A DNA stretch of 64,000 bases from Glaucostegus cemiculus (taxonomy: Eukaryota). The position numbers and the translations under genes were made by a program. Positions 52,007-64,000 of this stretch are shown in pieces; the first letter of the stretch is position 1, and each line of letters opens with the position of its first letter. A model generated the notes under the pieces. It saw only the letters and a list, made by a program, of their open reading frames with translations, was not told where the DNA came from and did no database searches. The stretch covers positions 3,968,001 to 4,032,000 of the forward strand of contig CDPCPM010000115.1 in NCBI GenBank assembly GCA_976551045.1, written 5' to 3'.

Positions 52007-52554
52007 GACATTATCTCAGGAGAGGGCCTTAATTAATGTGTATGCTGGCTAAACAGAGCAAGTGATATCACACCAGGTTGCTCCTAAGTGATAACTAAAC
52101 TCTTGTAGTTCAGTAAGATGTCACTTACCTTCTCTCTAAGCATGTATAAAAAAAATGCACTATCCTGTACTGTCAGGGACAATGTGTGGACTGCACCCAT
52201 ACTGGGCCCCCTCTCCCCTGCAGCTGTGTGATCAATAGAATAAATACACATCTGTTCTCAGGTAAAACAGTTATGTATAATTCTTTGCATTTTTGTTACT
52301 TATCCTATTTTGAGCAATGATTGTCAGGTATATTTTTATAAATTGCTTTATATTGGTTCATTTGAATGTGAGTAGTGAGTAATTTTAGCAGAAGCTTACA
52401 GTTATTGTTTTGGTTTGTCCTATTTGATCAGATTAAAATTATGGCAAATTACTCTTTTACCCTCAAATACCCTCCCTCTTTTTCCTAAAAGTGTGCCTTT
52501 CGCTATCCACCAGGACAGCCGTATGTCCATTTTGCAGTTGGTGAAGGTAGTTGG

Positions 52555-53230
52555 TATTTAACAATAAACGCCGAAAATACTCAGCAGGTTAGGCAGCATC
52601 TGTGGAAAAAGAAACAAAATTAATGTTTCAGATCAAAGATCCTTCATCTGAACTGGGTAAGTGAGAAAACAAGTTAATTTAAGTTGCAGAGATGGTGTGG
52701 GAGGAATAGATGGGACAAGGAGAATATCTCAAAGTGTGGAAGCCAGGTTGACAAAGTAATTCTGTTGTTTATGGAACTGTTTAGTTGATAGATTAACAAA
52801 GGCAGTTGGAGAAAAAGCAAAAGGACATGCGAGAGTGTAAAATGTAGGTCAGAGCTGCTGTTGAAACCTGAAAGCAAAAGGAACATGTTGGAAATGTCCA
52901 ATAGTACAGGCTGTACCTGAGGAGACATGAAAAGTTGATTTAATATTACAGATGGATAACCCTACAGCAGAACTGACCAGCATGCCCAGACTGAAGATGA
53001 GGTGCCCTTTCTCAAACTTGGGCTCTCCCTCATCAGAACAGAGCAGGAGACTACAAGGATGGTTCAGAGTGCAATGGGAAATTAAAGTGGGAGACAACTG
53101 GAAGATAGTCATTCCTGTAGACTAGATGGGAGTTTACCCAACCTGTGTTTGGTCTCCCAGTGTTTACATCAAAGCAAGGCCACATCCTATTACTCATTGT
53201 CTGCACATGGTATACTTGCAGCCAAGAAGT
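52555..53230 (-). mobile_element. Penelope-like element 3' part (GIY-YIG domain and terminal repeat)
   Basis: ORFs 53051-53242 and 52849-53112 give LPVVSHFN and CSDEGEPKFEKGHLIFSLGML; terminal tactcagcaggttaggcagcatctgtgg. Confidence 0.75.
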
Positions 53231-53269
53231 TCTTAAATCCATCCATTCTCAGTAAAGGAGGACAGATGA

Positions 53270-53660
53270 ATTTATATTTAGGTAGTATGTTGCATGCACT
53301 CTAATCAACTTTACAATTAGATACTTTAGAAGTGCATTCACTGTCATGTAAGAAACAATAGCTGATTTGAGGTCTCATAAGCAGTGATATGATAATGACT
53401 AGGCAACTGGCTGCAGGTGTTGCTTGAAAGATAAGTATTAGACAAGCAAATTTTTTTGCTCTTTTTTTAAAGAAAAAATGCCAAGGAATTAGCCGAAGAG
53501 CGCAGATGGGGCCTTCATTTAATGTCTCCTGCAAAAGCCCACACTCTCTACAGCAATGAAATATCAGGCTGGATTTATACCCACATCCCTGGAATGGGTC
53601 TAGAATGTACAACCTTCTGACTTGGGCAAAGGTGCTATCAGTTGAGCCAAGTCAGACACA
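53270..53660 (-). mobile_element. Most complete Deu-domain SINE in the window (tRNA-like head and Deu core)
   Basis: Minus head tggctcaactgatagcac...agtcagaaggttg; core gagacattaaatgaaggccccatctgc. Confidence 0.65.
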
Positions 53661-53819
53661 AGCATGCAACGTAAATGCAAATTAGTTTACCAGGATCAGC
53701 TTTGAGTAGCACCATGTGGTGAACGGAAGAGACAGGGCTTTCCAGTTATCCTGTTGAAGAAGAACTGAGCACACTGAGAGCAGAAAATTTCCCCCACAAT
53801 TAGCAAATATTCCACAAGA

Positions 53820-54090
53820 GTTGCATAGTAGCACATCTAGAAGAGCTACTGCCTCACATTTCCAGTAACCCAGGTTTGATCCTGACTTCTACGGCTATTT
53901 ATGAGAAGTTTGCTCGTTCTCCCTGTTTCTTCCCATATTCCAAAAACATGCTGATGGATACCTTAATGGGCAACTGTAAACTGCTCCCCTTGTACGTGGG
54001 TAGCAGGAGAATCAGGATGAAGTTGACAGGCATGTGAGAGAGAATGGGTAGCTGGGAAGTAAGAAAGGGAATGGTACTAATGTAAGTGGT
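53820..54090 (+). mobile_element. HE1/V-SINE-type copy, decayed
   Basis: ctgcctcac...ccaggtttgatcctgac; tcccatattccaaaaacatg. Confidence 0.7.
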
Positions 54091-54733
54091 AGAATATGGG
54101 GGGTGGTGTGGAGCAAGTCAGTAGCTGATGCTGGCTTTCAGCTGGATGGTCTGTGAATGACCTTGGAGAATGAGCTCCAGGTATAGCAGGCCAAGCATTG
54201 TGGTCAGTGTCCTCTGAGTGAGCAACAATAAGCTGGCTGCAAGGCAACAAGAGTATTTGTGGTGTGCAATGGAAAGATAAGGAACGTTATCATCTTGATA
54301 CTGATGGATTTCATACTTTGTAGAGGCACTTCCATGCTCCTGAGGCAGCACCTTGGCGATCCTTGCACCCACACTGAGCATTGGCATACACAGTCATGAT
54401 GATTATCAAACTGAGGTTACTTGGCAGCATGCTAAACCTGTGTGTGAAGGGTATTGGGTGGGCTCTTGTTAGCATTGCATTGGAAGTTGAGACATCGGGT
54501 GTCTGAATCTGACTTTTGTGCTGGTGTAGTTGCTCATCATTTCTATGCTGGAAAGGATGGACGAAGTTCTGCAAGGAGCTCTTTACAAGATCAAGACTGG
54601 ACTCTGTGCTCCTTGACATTGTGCACTAGCCTTCTGCCAGGCCTGCCAATGTACCATGCATTCTACTGTGCATACCCACCACCCTTCTTCTCTGTGTCCT
54701 TTTGAATCCTCTGTTGGAGGACAAATTACAGGC

Positions 54734-55600
54734 TTTTTTTTAAATTTCAAAAATAAACCTATTTAGGTAATATACAAGAAATACAAAAACAGTCATAGTT
54801 TTGTCAAGTCGATACATTTGTAGTGTTATCACATTTTATGTATGAGGCACAATTGACACTGGTTACCTCCTTGGACGATCCACATTTCAAGTTTTGGAGA
54901 GGCCTTTTACGCAAGGCTTAACCCCCTCAATGTCTAGTGGTAGCAGGATCATAGACAGCAGTCCTTCCCCACAATGCCTTTTCACTAGCTGAATCAAGCT
55001 TTATGCATCCTTCAACACATACTCCAGCAGCCTGGAATGTGCTAGTCGGCAGCATTTCCTGATAGACATCTCGTTGTACAGGAAAACAAAGTTTCGGGCA
55101 GACCAAAGTGAACCTTTCGCTGAGTTGCTGATCTTCCAGCAGCATTTGATATCTGTTTCAGTACATATCCCTGGGAACAGCTTGTAGATCAGAGAGTCCT
55201 CTGTTACACAGCTGCTTGGGATGAATCATGACAAGGACCCTTGCATCCTTTTCTAGACCTTCTTTGCAAATCCACAGTCCACGAATAGGTGTCTGATCAT
55301 CTCATCTTCATTGCAACTGGTTCAAGGGCAGGGTGTGCTGCAGGTGAGATGCTGACTGTATAGGAAGGATGTGACTGGAAAGGACCACTCGCACTGCCAG
55401 CTAAGTGAGGTTTTGATGCTTGTTGGTGAGTTCTGGGGTTGAACTATTCTGCCAAATGGTTTTAACAGTTTGCTCAGGAAACCATTCCAAAGGTCCATTG
55501 CAGACTTTGCAGAAGGACACAGGATGTTTCATGCTGCCCACTGCCACTGTCCTCGTGTGCCCTGGGATCAGTGCTGTTCTGTACTTACTCTGTATCACCT
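54734..55600 (-). mobile_element. Tx1/L1-group LINE 3' end with CCHC zinc knuckle
   Basis: Minus IWQNSSTPELTNKHQNL and CP*TSCNEDEMIRHLFVDCGFAKKV; A-rich tail. Confidence 0.8.
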
Positions 55601-58399
55601 TTCACGGGTCACATTTCTCAGCTCACCTTTAAATTATGCACAACATCAGCCTCTGAGCTAGTTCCTAGACACATTTAATCAATAAATCAATGATTTTATT
55701 AACACCATCCAGGTTGCATGTCATCCATTTGTTTTTTTACATAAAAGAAACTCTCCTGGCAGGTGATCACTTTGAACATGTCAGTATTTAATAGTGGGTA
55801 GAAAGAAACATTAGTGGACAGGTGGTGTAGCAATGTGTCGGAGAGCTCCATCCCAATATCTGATTGCTGAGTGTGTTAGATCAGGTCACTTCACCCTTTT
55901 GCTCTGCTTATCCATCTTGTTCTTGGCTACTCCAAAGGAAAAAAATTAGAGGACAGGGTTATGATGAGTTGGGGAGGCTGTGGGCGGATTAGGCATGGGG
56001 ATAGTGCAGTCTTCCATGGCTCTGCCTTGTAACTATGCATGGACCCGACCAGTAATGACTTCCCCAACAATGTTCAATACTATCAATGTAGGCAGGGTGA
56101 TGAAGCTATTCCTGTCCTCCACCACTGAACTGCTACTGTCTCTACTTGTATACCATCTTATTCTACAAGAGAAAGGGAACTTTGTCGCTTGGTGTGCTTG
56201 AGTGACGTGACTGTCATGATTGAATAGCCGACAGTGTGTGCAAGGTATGAGACGTGGGCATGAGGCTTGTGTCAGAGCTGAGTGTCTGAAGGGGCTGTAG
56301 AGCATGTGAAGTTGTGCATGAGTTCTGATTGGTGAAGATCGTCGAAAGATCAGTGATGGGATCTTGATTAGTGTCAGAGACTTGTGTAGGTGGTGGGATA
56401 TACCGTTTGAACGTGTGTTCATTAATCTTGAATATATTTGTGGGATTATTCAGCTCCTTTAGGCATTTTAACCGGCAGCTTGATGCTCTCTTCCTGCTTT
56501 TTGCACATCTTCAGGCTCCCTGTGGGGATGTCATAATTCCTCCTCCAGTTCTTGCACTCAGACCCAGTGCAACATCTGAAAACCATGGAAAGTGCTCTCT
56601 CCTGTGTTATGCCATTCTTAAGTAATTTGCAGTTCAGCTTCAGCTGTAGAAAGCACCTTCAGCCACAACGAGCCTCCCCTAAGAAGTGCATGCTGGCTTT
56701 AAACATCATTAACTGGTACCAGTCACTCTCAAAATTGAACCCACAATTGTTGAAGTGATAGGCCATTGAACAGTGAAATCATTGCTTGCTGAGCACACCA
56801 ATCATTATAGTGAGTGGCAGGACAGAGTTGGCATACTCCCTGTATTGAAAATAACCTGTTGGTTTATCATAATTCCTGAGCTCAAAAATCCAATTTTGTC
56901 CCCAGAAATGTAATATATTTTCATGCTTCACCAAGGAGCACAATGTCAAATCAAAATAAAAAAATAAATAACAACATAGTCTGCAGACTCTCTTGAAAGT
57001 TCTTGTTCCCTTTCACCTTGGGAATGTTTTAAAGGGATTCAACATCTCTGGATTTAATAAACTCTATTATTGCAGCTGTGACAAGCAAAAACAGCTTAGT
57101 AAAAATGGCATCTCGCATTAGCAGTTCACTGAAGGACGTGGAGAAAAACTTCACTGTCTTTCTTTTCCATATTAATTCTTATTTCCCCTATTTCTGTTCC
57201 AGACAATGTGCACAAACTGTTCAAGTTTGAATTTACTTAAAAGAAATTTAAACTTAGGATCAAGAAATCTTGCTGCTTCAATTACTGCAACCATGACTTA
57301 TGACTCAGAAGCATATCAATCAATGTCCTTCTGAGCCATTAGATTAAGACCATTTCGGATTCAGCTCCTGATCTGTGTGGAGCAAGTGATGGAAGTTGTG
57401 ACAGGGATAATGCGAATGGGTTTGCTGTTCTTGGCTAGGAGTTTGGGGTGCAGAGACATTCAGATATTCAGGTTCCCTGGCTCCTATTCAATTGTGCACA
57501 AGTGGGTCAATATGTTGAGTAAGGAAATGTCCGATTATAATGCCTTCTGTAACCCTTAGCTTGTCAGTTCCCTGCTTGAGCACTGAGCTAAGGGACAGAT
57601 TAGTCTAGCATCCCAGTTGTTAGCAAATTTTGCTCCTTTGCAGTTGTGGCTAAATATGATGTCCTTCCATGATTAATGTATTACTTAAGTGATTGTAAGT
57701 TCATCTACTAAATAAGCTGTCATCAAATTATATCCAGCCAGTATGTTTAAATTGGATAAGAGATTTAGAATTAAGATAGAGTTAGTCAATGTGTGCTCAT
57801 AAGCAGCATTCAATCAGCTTATAAAGTAGTAGATTTCCTATTGAAACTGAGATTTATGTTTGTCTCTTTCAAAAGATTACGCAGCTGATGGGAGATTAAA
57901 GGGTGGCCTCGAGGCCTTGTGATTGTTGGGCAAGCTTGAAGGAGCAGGTTGACTTTCTCTGCCCTTCATTTTAGTATGTTAGCATAGTTACATGAGTGTT
58001 AATTCTGCAATTGTATAATAAATTCATTGTCCATTAAGAACTCACTGCCGCAGACTAGGGTTTCTTGTTCTCACTTCCTTACAATGGTACAGTATTCAGC
58101 AGTGCCTCTTGAGTCATCTGTTAAGTTAATTTCTTCTTAGTCATTAAGGGTGAGACATTTGATTATTGGATATGACCCCAAAAAAATCTGTGTTACATTA
58201 AGCTGTCCAGACTATTTTTAAATCCTTAGTAATATCACAGGCCATTAAATAATAAAGTTTGAGTGAACGGAAATCTACATTAACAGAGAAATCAATGTAA
58301 ACTTTCTTGTGAAAATTGATCAGATTATAAAATTACATTTAGTAAATTCTCTGAAATTTTTTTTATCAGGGTCAAGGGAAAAGAGCTCCCTAATCTGTT

Positions 58400-58745
58400 G
58401 GTAATTGGTTTATTGTTGTCACGTGTATTGAGATACAGTGAAAAGCTTTTGTTTGTGTGCCATCCAGACAGATCATTCCATGCATAAGTATATCTTGGTA
58501 GTACAAAAAGGAAAAACAAAATAGTGTTACAGAGAAAGTGCAGTGCAGGAAGACAAATAAAATGCAAGGGCCACAATGAGGTAAATTGAGAGATCAAGAT
58601 TTCACATAGAGGCCCATTCGAGAGTCTGATAACAGCAGGATAGAAGCTGTCCTTGAGTCTGGTGGTATGTGTTCTCAAGCTTTTGGTTTGCGTGACAGAG
58701 TGGGCTGCGTTCACAACTCTCTGCAATTTATTGTGGACTTGGACA
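58400..58745 (-). mobile_element. Rex/Babar LINE 3' end
   Basis: ORF 58325-58810 contains KLQRVVNAA and SLRTHTTRLKDSFYPAVIRL; tail ttttcactgtatctcaatacacgtgacaacaataaaccaattacc. Confidence 0.8.
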
Positions 58746-59779
58746 AACCAGTTGCCATTTCTTGCAGTCTTGAGCAGAGCATTGGTGGTTGGATAAAGCA
58801 ATTTTGCCATGCATCTGTGCCTGGATGACCAATAAGAACACCGGGTGGAACAAAGGCTGCATGTAACAAAAGATGTATTAACTTACAATTGATTAGAGAC
58901 CAAGGCCAAATCAGATTTATGACATAATACTAAACCACCCAAATTTATAGAAGAAGAAATTAAAACATTTCACAAACTAATCTGTGTCCATCTTCTCAGG
59001 ACTCAAATTCTGAAATACAAACTGTAATTAAATTATGAAATGTCTGTATTTTCATCTGTAGGTTTGAGGTTACTCAACTGGTTACTAAAACCTCTCCATT
59101 TAGTTGTCATTTTGTTTAGGTTTAAATAATTGAGCTAAATTGGACTTCCAGTAAAGCAAAGCAGAGATTTCCTGCAAAAACCAAACCAGACCACTATTCA
59201 GTTTGTGATGGATACTGACTACTATAATCATTCCCATTTATTTTCTTACTAACGGTTTCCTGATCTCTTTTCCTCAACGCACAATAATGTCAAAGCAAAA
59301 GCACCTTGGGCTGTGTGTAAAATACCAGCCAATTCACTGCTGTCTGCATTATGCTACAGTCCTTGGTCCATTTTTGCTTTCACCACCTGTTCCTCCTAGT
59401 GCTGGCCACCCACTTGCTAATGACCCTCACACAGTCACTGGAGGCAGCAGTTACCCTCACTGATAGTTCTATTTCCCAAGCCTGGCTTTCAGGGATAAGT
59501 TCTAGATGCCTCAGTACTGATCATGTTTTCAATTAGATGAACCTGTAGACAGTTTTCAATGGAATAAAATTGGATAATTTGTTTTCTTCCCAGTCTTTCT
59601 GCTCTCTTTAGATAACTCTTCAGTTATATTTAGTAGGACAGACATCTGACTTTTCAGAATAGCATTGGAATATGGAGAGATTGATAGCTATGCTGATGTG
59701 ATGTGTCTTTTTGAAAGACATGAGAATTCTCAAAGGGGTCCTCTGTTTCTAATACTACAAAACAGAAAGATTATAAATA

Positions 59780-60290
59780 GAAGGGGCTTGGAAAACTGAC
59801 AACAGGTCATTCAACATTTGTAGAGAAAGATACAAGAATTGAGACAAGTGTCCCAATTCAATGGAACCTCCTCAAAACTGGACATGTTAGAGATAAAGGA
59901 GGTTCTAAAGTACAGAGATTATGGAAAAGGGATTAGGGAATAAAAGGGAAAGTCTGAAAGGGTGGAAGGCAGGAATTCTTAAGTGATAAACTGTATGATA
60001 ATACTAGGGGAAAGAAATTGGGAACAGGAAACAAAAGGTAGTCTGGAGGAGGAGGTTAATACAAAATAATGATCTAAAATTACCAGAGGAATGTGAAGTG
60101 AATGCTGAAATAAAAATCCAGTAGTGTTGATTATTTGTATCACTGAATACAATATTAAGACCAGAAGGCTGTAATGTAAAATGCTTGAGGAACAGGGCCC
60201 AGCCAGAAGCTGAGGGGCTGCTCCTCAAGCTTGCATTGGGCTTTGTTGGAACAGTATCAGAGACAAAGTACAGAGAGTCCACAGTAGAAA
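59780..60290 (-). mobile_element. Penelope-like element relic
   Basis: TLQPSGLNIVF in ORF 60004-60282; decayed terminal repeat near 59790-59880. Confidence 0.6.
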
Positions 60291-61129
60291 TGAACTGGCG
60301 CAGTAAAGAGTTTTGCTTTTGTAGCTAATCGAGTACTATTCTCTCTTAAAAGGCCTTGAAAAGTTCTTGTGTGCTGCTTGACAAACTAATCCAATAATTA
60401 ATAAGATATTCCTATAACTGTAAGAATGTCATACTGGACCCACACTTGCAACATTTTGTCACTGGAAACAAAATCAATCAGCCCATATCGTAAATTAATT
60501 TATCCTTGTTCTGTAAAATGTTCACAGTAACATTTTGGAGCTACATCAGATGTTATCAAGACTTATAATCAACATTTAATTTAGCAAATTGTTGTACTTA
60601 GTTCAGTGAGGAGTAGGAATGTGATTATTAAGAGCTTGCAGGGACAGAGGAACCTACGACTCCATGAACACATTTTTTTCCAGGTTGGTGGAGTATATTG
60701 ATCAGGATTTTAAATAGTAGGATTTTTGCTTTATTATGAGAGGCATAGAATACAAAAGCAAGTAAGGTAGGCCAACTGTCTCTCAAAACATTAGGAAGTT
60801 CCAGCATTGCATTCAATTTTAGACACCACTTTAGGAAGGACTTTTAAAATGATTTATTGAATATCAATGTTATTAACATCATTAGCAATTAACATTTATT
60901 GCTCATTTTTAACAGCCTTTGAGCACATGGTGGTGAGCCACCTTTAACTGCTGTAGATCTTCTGGCGGTGGTCCTCCTACTGTGCTATGAGGAGGGATTT
61001 CCAGGATTTAGATCCAACAGTGATGAATGAATTTTAGTGGAATGATAACAGGGAGGTGGGATTTTGTCTAAGTGGAGAGATCAGAGAAAGTTGGACTTGT
61101 TCCCTTTGGAGCAGAAGAGTCAAAACAAA

Positions 61130-61300
61130 AATTGCCATTTGCACAACCTATCTAAATCTCCTTCAGCATGTCCTAAGATGCTTTACAGTGAATGTAGTAT
61201 AACACCTGTATTAATGTGTCTGGCAGCTAATTTGCAGCAGCTGTTCCTCAAAGACAATATGATGATGGGATAATCTATTTTAGTTGATTGAGGAATAAAT
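61130..61300 (-). mobile_element. Deu-domain SINE relic
   Basis: tggcagctaatttgcagcagc...caaagacaatatgatgatgggataatctattttagttgattgaggaataaata. Confidence 0.5.
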
Positions 61301-61309
61301 AAAATCATT

Positions 61310-61778
61310 ATATTCCAGGGATGGAAGGGTTAACATATAAGGAGTGTTTGATGCTCTGGACCTGTATTCATGGGAGTTCAGAAGGATGAGGGGAGGGATC
61401 TCATTAAAACCGACCGAATAGTGAAAGGCCTGGATAGAATGGACGTGGAGACGATGGTTCCAGTAGTGGGATAGTCTAGGACCAGAGGGAACAGCCTCAA
61501 AATAAAAGGATGTCCCTTTACAGCAGAGATGAGGAGGAATTTCCTCTGCCAGAGGGCAGTGAATCTGTGGAATTCATTGCCACAGACAGCTGTGGAAGCC
61601 AAATCATTGGGTATATTTAAGGCAGAGGTTGATAGGTTCTTGATTAGTAAGGGTGTCAAAGTTTACAGGGAGAAGGCAGAAGAATGGGGTTGAGAGGGAA
61701 TAATAAATCAGTCATGATTGAATGGCGGAGCAGACTCGATGGTCTGAATGGCCTAATTCTGCTCTTATGTCTTATGGA
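61310..61778 (+). mobile_element. CR1 3' fragment
   Basis: gtgaatctgtggaattcattgccacag (VNLWNSLP); tail ggagcagactcgatggtctgaatggcct. Confidence 0.92.
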
Positions 61779-62719
61779 AGCAATTGTCAAAAGATTCTCC
61801 TCTCTCTAGACTAATGTAAATATTTTTCCCACAGTTAGCACTGACTTTTTTGAATGCCTGGTTGATTACTATGAACCTGGGCTTTCACTGATCGTAGTTT
61901 GCTTTTTGCACAATCAACACTGGGTGTGATAGTGGTTTCTGTGGACAAAACTGATCACTGATGTAGAGCCTTCTGATAAATGATACTTCTGGGATAGGTG
62001 AGAGATAACTGACTTGAATGCTATCTTGCCAGCCCTCTACCAGACAGTCTAACTGCATCCGAGAACTATGAATTCAGCACATTAGTCTGTTGGAGCGTTA
62101 ATGACCTGCTCATTTCATGCCCTTCCATTAATCTGGTTTGGGATCTACAACCTGATCGGTAACAACCCAAACATTATGCCAACTGATGTAATCATACAAA
62201 TATTTAACGTGTTCAATCAAATTGTGATGGGTGATTGTTTAAATTCCGTGCTCTCCTTATTTAAGTCATTTGAAACAAGGCATTTTAATTTATCCTATGG
62301 GCCAAATTGCCCCTTTTTTCAAGAACATTGTGGGCAGAACTTTATACTTTTGGGATGGTTAACATGGTGGAAAAATAAAAATAAGGCTTGGAAGTATTCA
62401 GTAATTATTTCCATCCAATACAGGATGCCAAGGAAAGCACTCAGCTCAGTGAAAATGAGTGGGAAAACATACTATTGGATGTGGAAATACTTTGGCCAAA
62501 CTTACAGTATTACTTTTCTATTTTTATCCCTCTGCATTGGCTTGTTCATGATAAAGTTCGTCGCTATGCATGACAAATTCCCATAAGTGATTATGTACAG
62601 TTTGATATAAAGCTAGACATCATTTTCCATTTTTGATACAAACAATCTGAAGAAATTGCACTGTAGTTTCTATTAGTTATCTGGTAAACTATGGGGTTAG
62701 AGATAAGTAATTTGCAGAA

Positions 62720-63165
62720 TAGGTTCACCAGGACGTTGCCTGGATAGGAGAGTATTAGCTATTTGGAGAGGTTGGACAAGCTTAGATTGTTTTCACTAGA
62801 GCTTGGGATATTGAAGGTAGAAGGACATATCATTATGAGAGGCATGGATAGGGTAGATAATTTTCTTTTCTCATGGGGGATATATAAAATGCTAGAGGGT
62901 GTATGTTCAAAGTGAGTGGAGTGAAGTTTAAAGGAGATATGTGAGGCAAGTTTGTTTTACAAAGAGTGGTAGGTGTCTGCAACATGCTGCTAGGGATATG
63001 GTTGAAGGAGATATAGCAAAGCTTAAGAGGCATTTAGACAGGCATATGAACAGGCAAGGAATAAAGAGATATAGATCATGTGTAGGTATTTGGTATTAGT
63101 TAGATTAGCATCATGGTTGACAGGGTGGGCCAAAGGGCCTGTTCCTGTGCTGTGCTGTTCTATGT
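62720..63165 (+). mobile_element. CR1 3' fragment
   Basis: aggttcaccaggacgttgcctgga; tail gggccaaagggcctgttcctgtgctg. Confidence 0.88.
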
Positions 63166-63529
63166 TATAAATGAAGAAAATAAAAAAAGAAAGCAGCAAA
63201 TACAAATGCAAGAACTTGTAGTGAAAGCCAATAGAGTTAACATACAGTAGTTTAATACTATGGTAACGCTGATTGCAGTCATGGGCTATGTTAAGTTAAT
63301 AAATTTTCTGCTTTGTACACCATTACAGACCATATAAGGAAATTATGTATTCACAGCTCATGGTTTTCCATCTGTTTTAGAGAATGGGTTGAAAATTATA
63401 CGCCGCATGTTTCTGAACATATGCCACCAGAAAATCTATCCTAAAAGACTAAAGATATGATCTAGGATATTTTAAATTTCTGCACATTTATATCACTCTG
63501 TTTGTGGTTTATTGCAGTTAGTGCAGGAG

Positions 63530-64000
63530 TACTTTAGGACCAGTGACTATAATTCCATCAGTTTTAAAATATCTGTGGACCAGTCTTATCTTTTTCCATA
63601 AGTTAAAGTCCTAAGTTGGGGCAGGACTAATTTCGATGGCAATAGACAGGAACTTGCAAAGGTTGATTGGGAAAGGCTATTTGCAGGTAAAGGGATGCCT
63701 GGCAAGTGAGAGGCTTTTAAAAGTGAGGTAGGGAGAGTTCAGGGCCAGCACATTCCTATTTCAGTGCAGGGCAAGGCTGGAAAGATTAGGGAACCCTGGT
63801 TGATGAGGCATATTGAGGCTCTAGTCAGGAAAAGGAAGGAGGCGTATGTCGGGTATAGGTAGCTAGATCAAATGAATCCCTTGAGGAGTATAAGAGATGT
63901 TGGAGCACACTTAAGGAAATCAGGAGAGCAAAAAGAGTACATGAAATAACTTTGGCAGATAAGGTAAAAGACAATTCTAAAATCTATGTATATTAAGAGC
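63530..64000 (+). mobile_element. CR1 ORF2 fragment (end of endonuclease and linker), runs off the window
   Basis: SDYNSISF-like agtgactataattccatcagtttt; gttgattgggaaaggctattt; REPW and KEIRRAKR motifs. Confidence 0.82.

Noticed and set aside
51375-52036. Pro/His-rich (199 aa) and Gly/Trp-rich ORFs
   Set aside because: The C-rich simple repeat contains no stop codons, so these ORFs are open on both strands as an artefact.
62101-62586. 161-aa ORF
   Set aside because: It has no recognisable domain, and its composition is typical of a chance ORF in AT-rich DNA.
1-64000. CRISPR array, operon or novel multi-gene system
   Set aside because: There are no regularly spaced identical repeats with unique spacers and no gene-dense region; the window is TE-rich vertebrate non-coding DNA.

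Overview
This is eukaryotic, AT-rich, repeat-dense DNA that looks intronic or intergenic. The repeat set points to a cartilaginous fish, probably a ray or sawfish (inference): many CR1/HER1-type LINE fragments, HE1/V-SINE-type and Deu-domain SINEs, Penelope-like elements, and Rex/Babar, L1, Tx1, L2 and RTE relics. I cannot support any intact host gene, tRNA/rRNA gene, CRISPR array or prokaryotic feature, and nearly all long ORFs are broken LINE ORF2 pieces or low-complexity artefacts. I did not find a convincing novel multi-gene system. The best leads are: an 88-bp, 91%-identical inverted repeat made of RTE endonuclease sequence; hammerhead-ribozyme relics in Penelope fold-backs; V-SINEs with a swapped Rex/Babar-like 3' tail; a CpG-rich solo LTR with a 4-bp TSD; a twin-priming-like CR1 inversion; a 466-nt G-free C-rich tract next to a consensus minus-strand splice donor; a 5S rRNA-derived fragment; and a possible CRE-clade relic. 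Family names come from recalled motifs, not from database searches. Boundaries of decayed elements are approximate.
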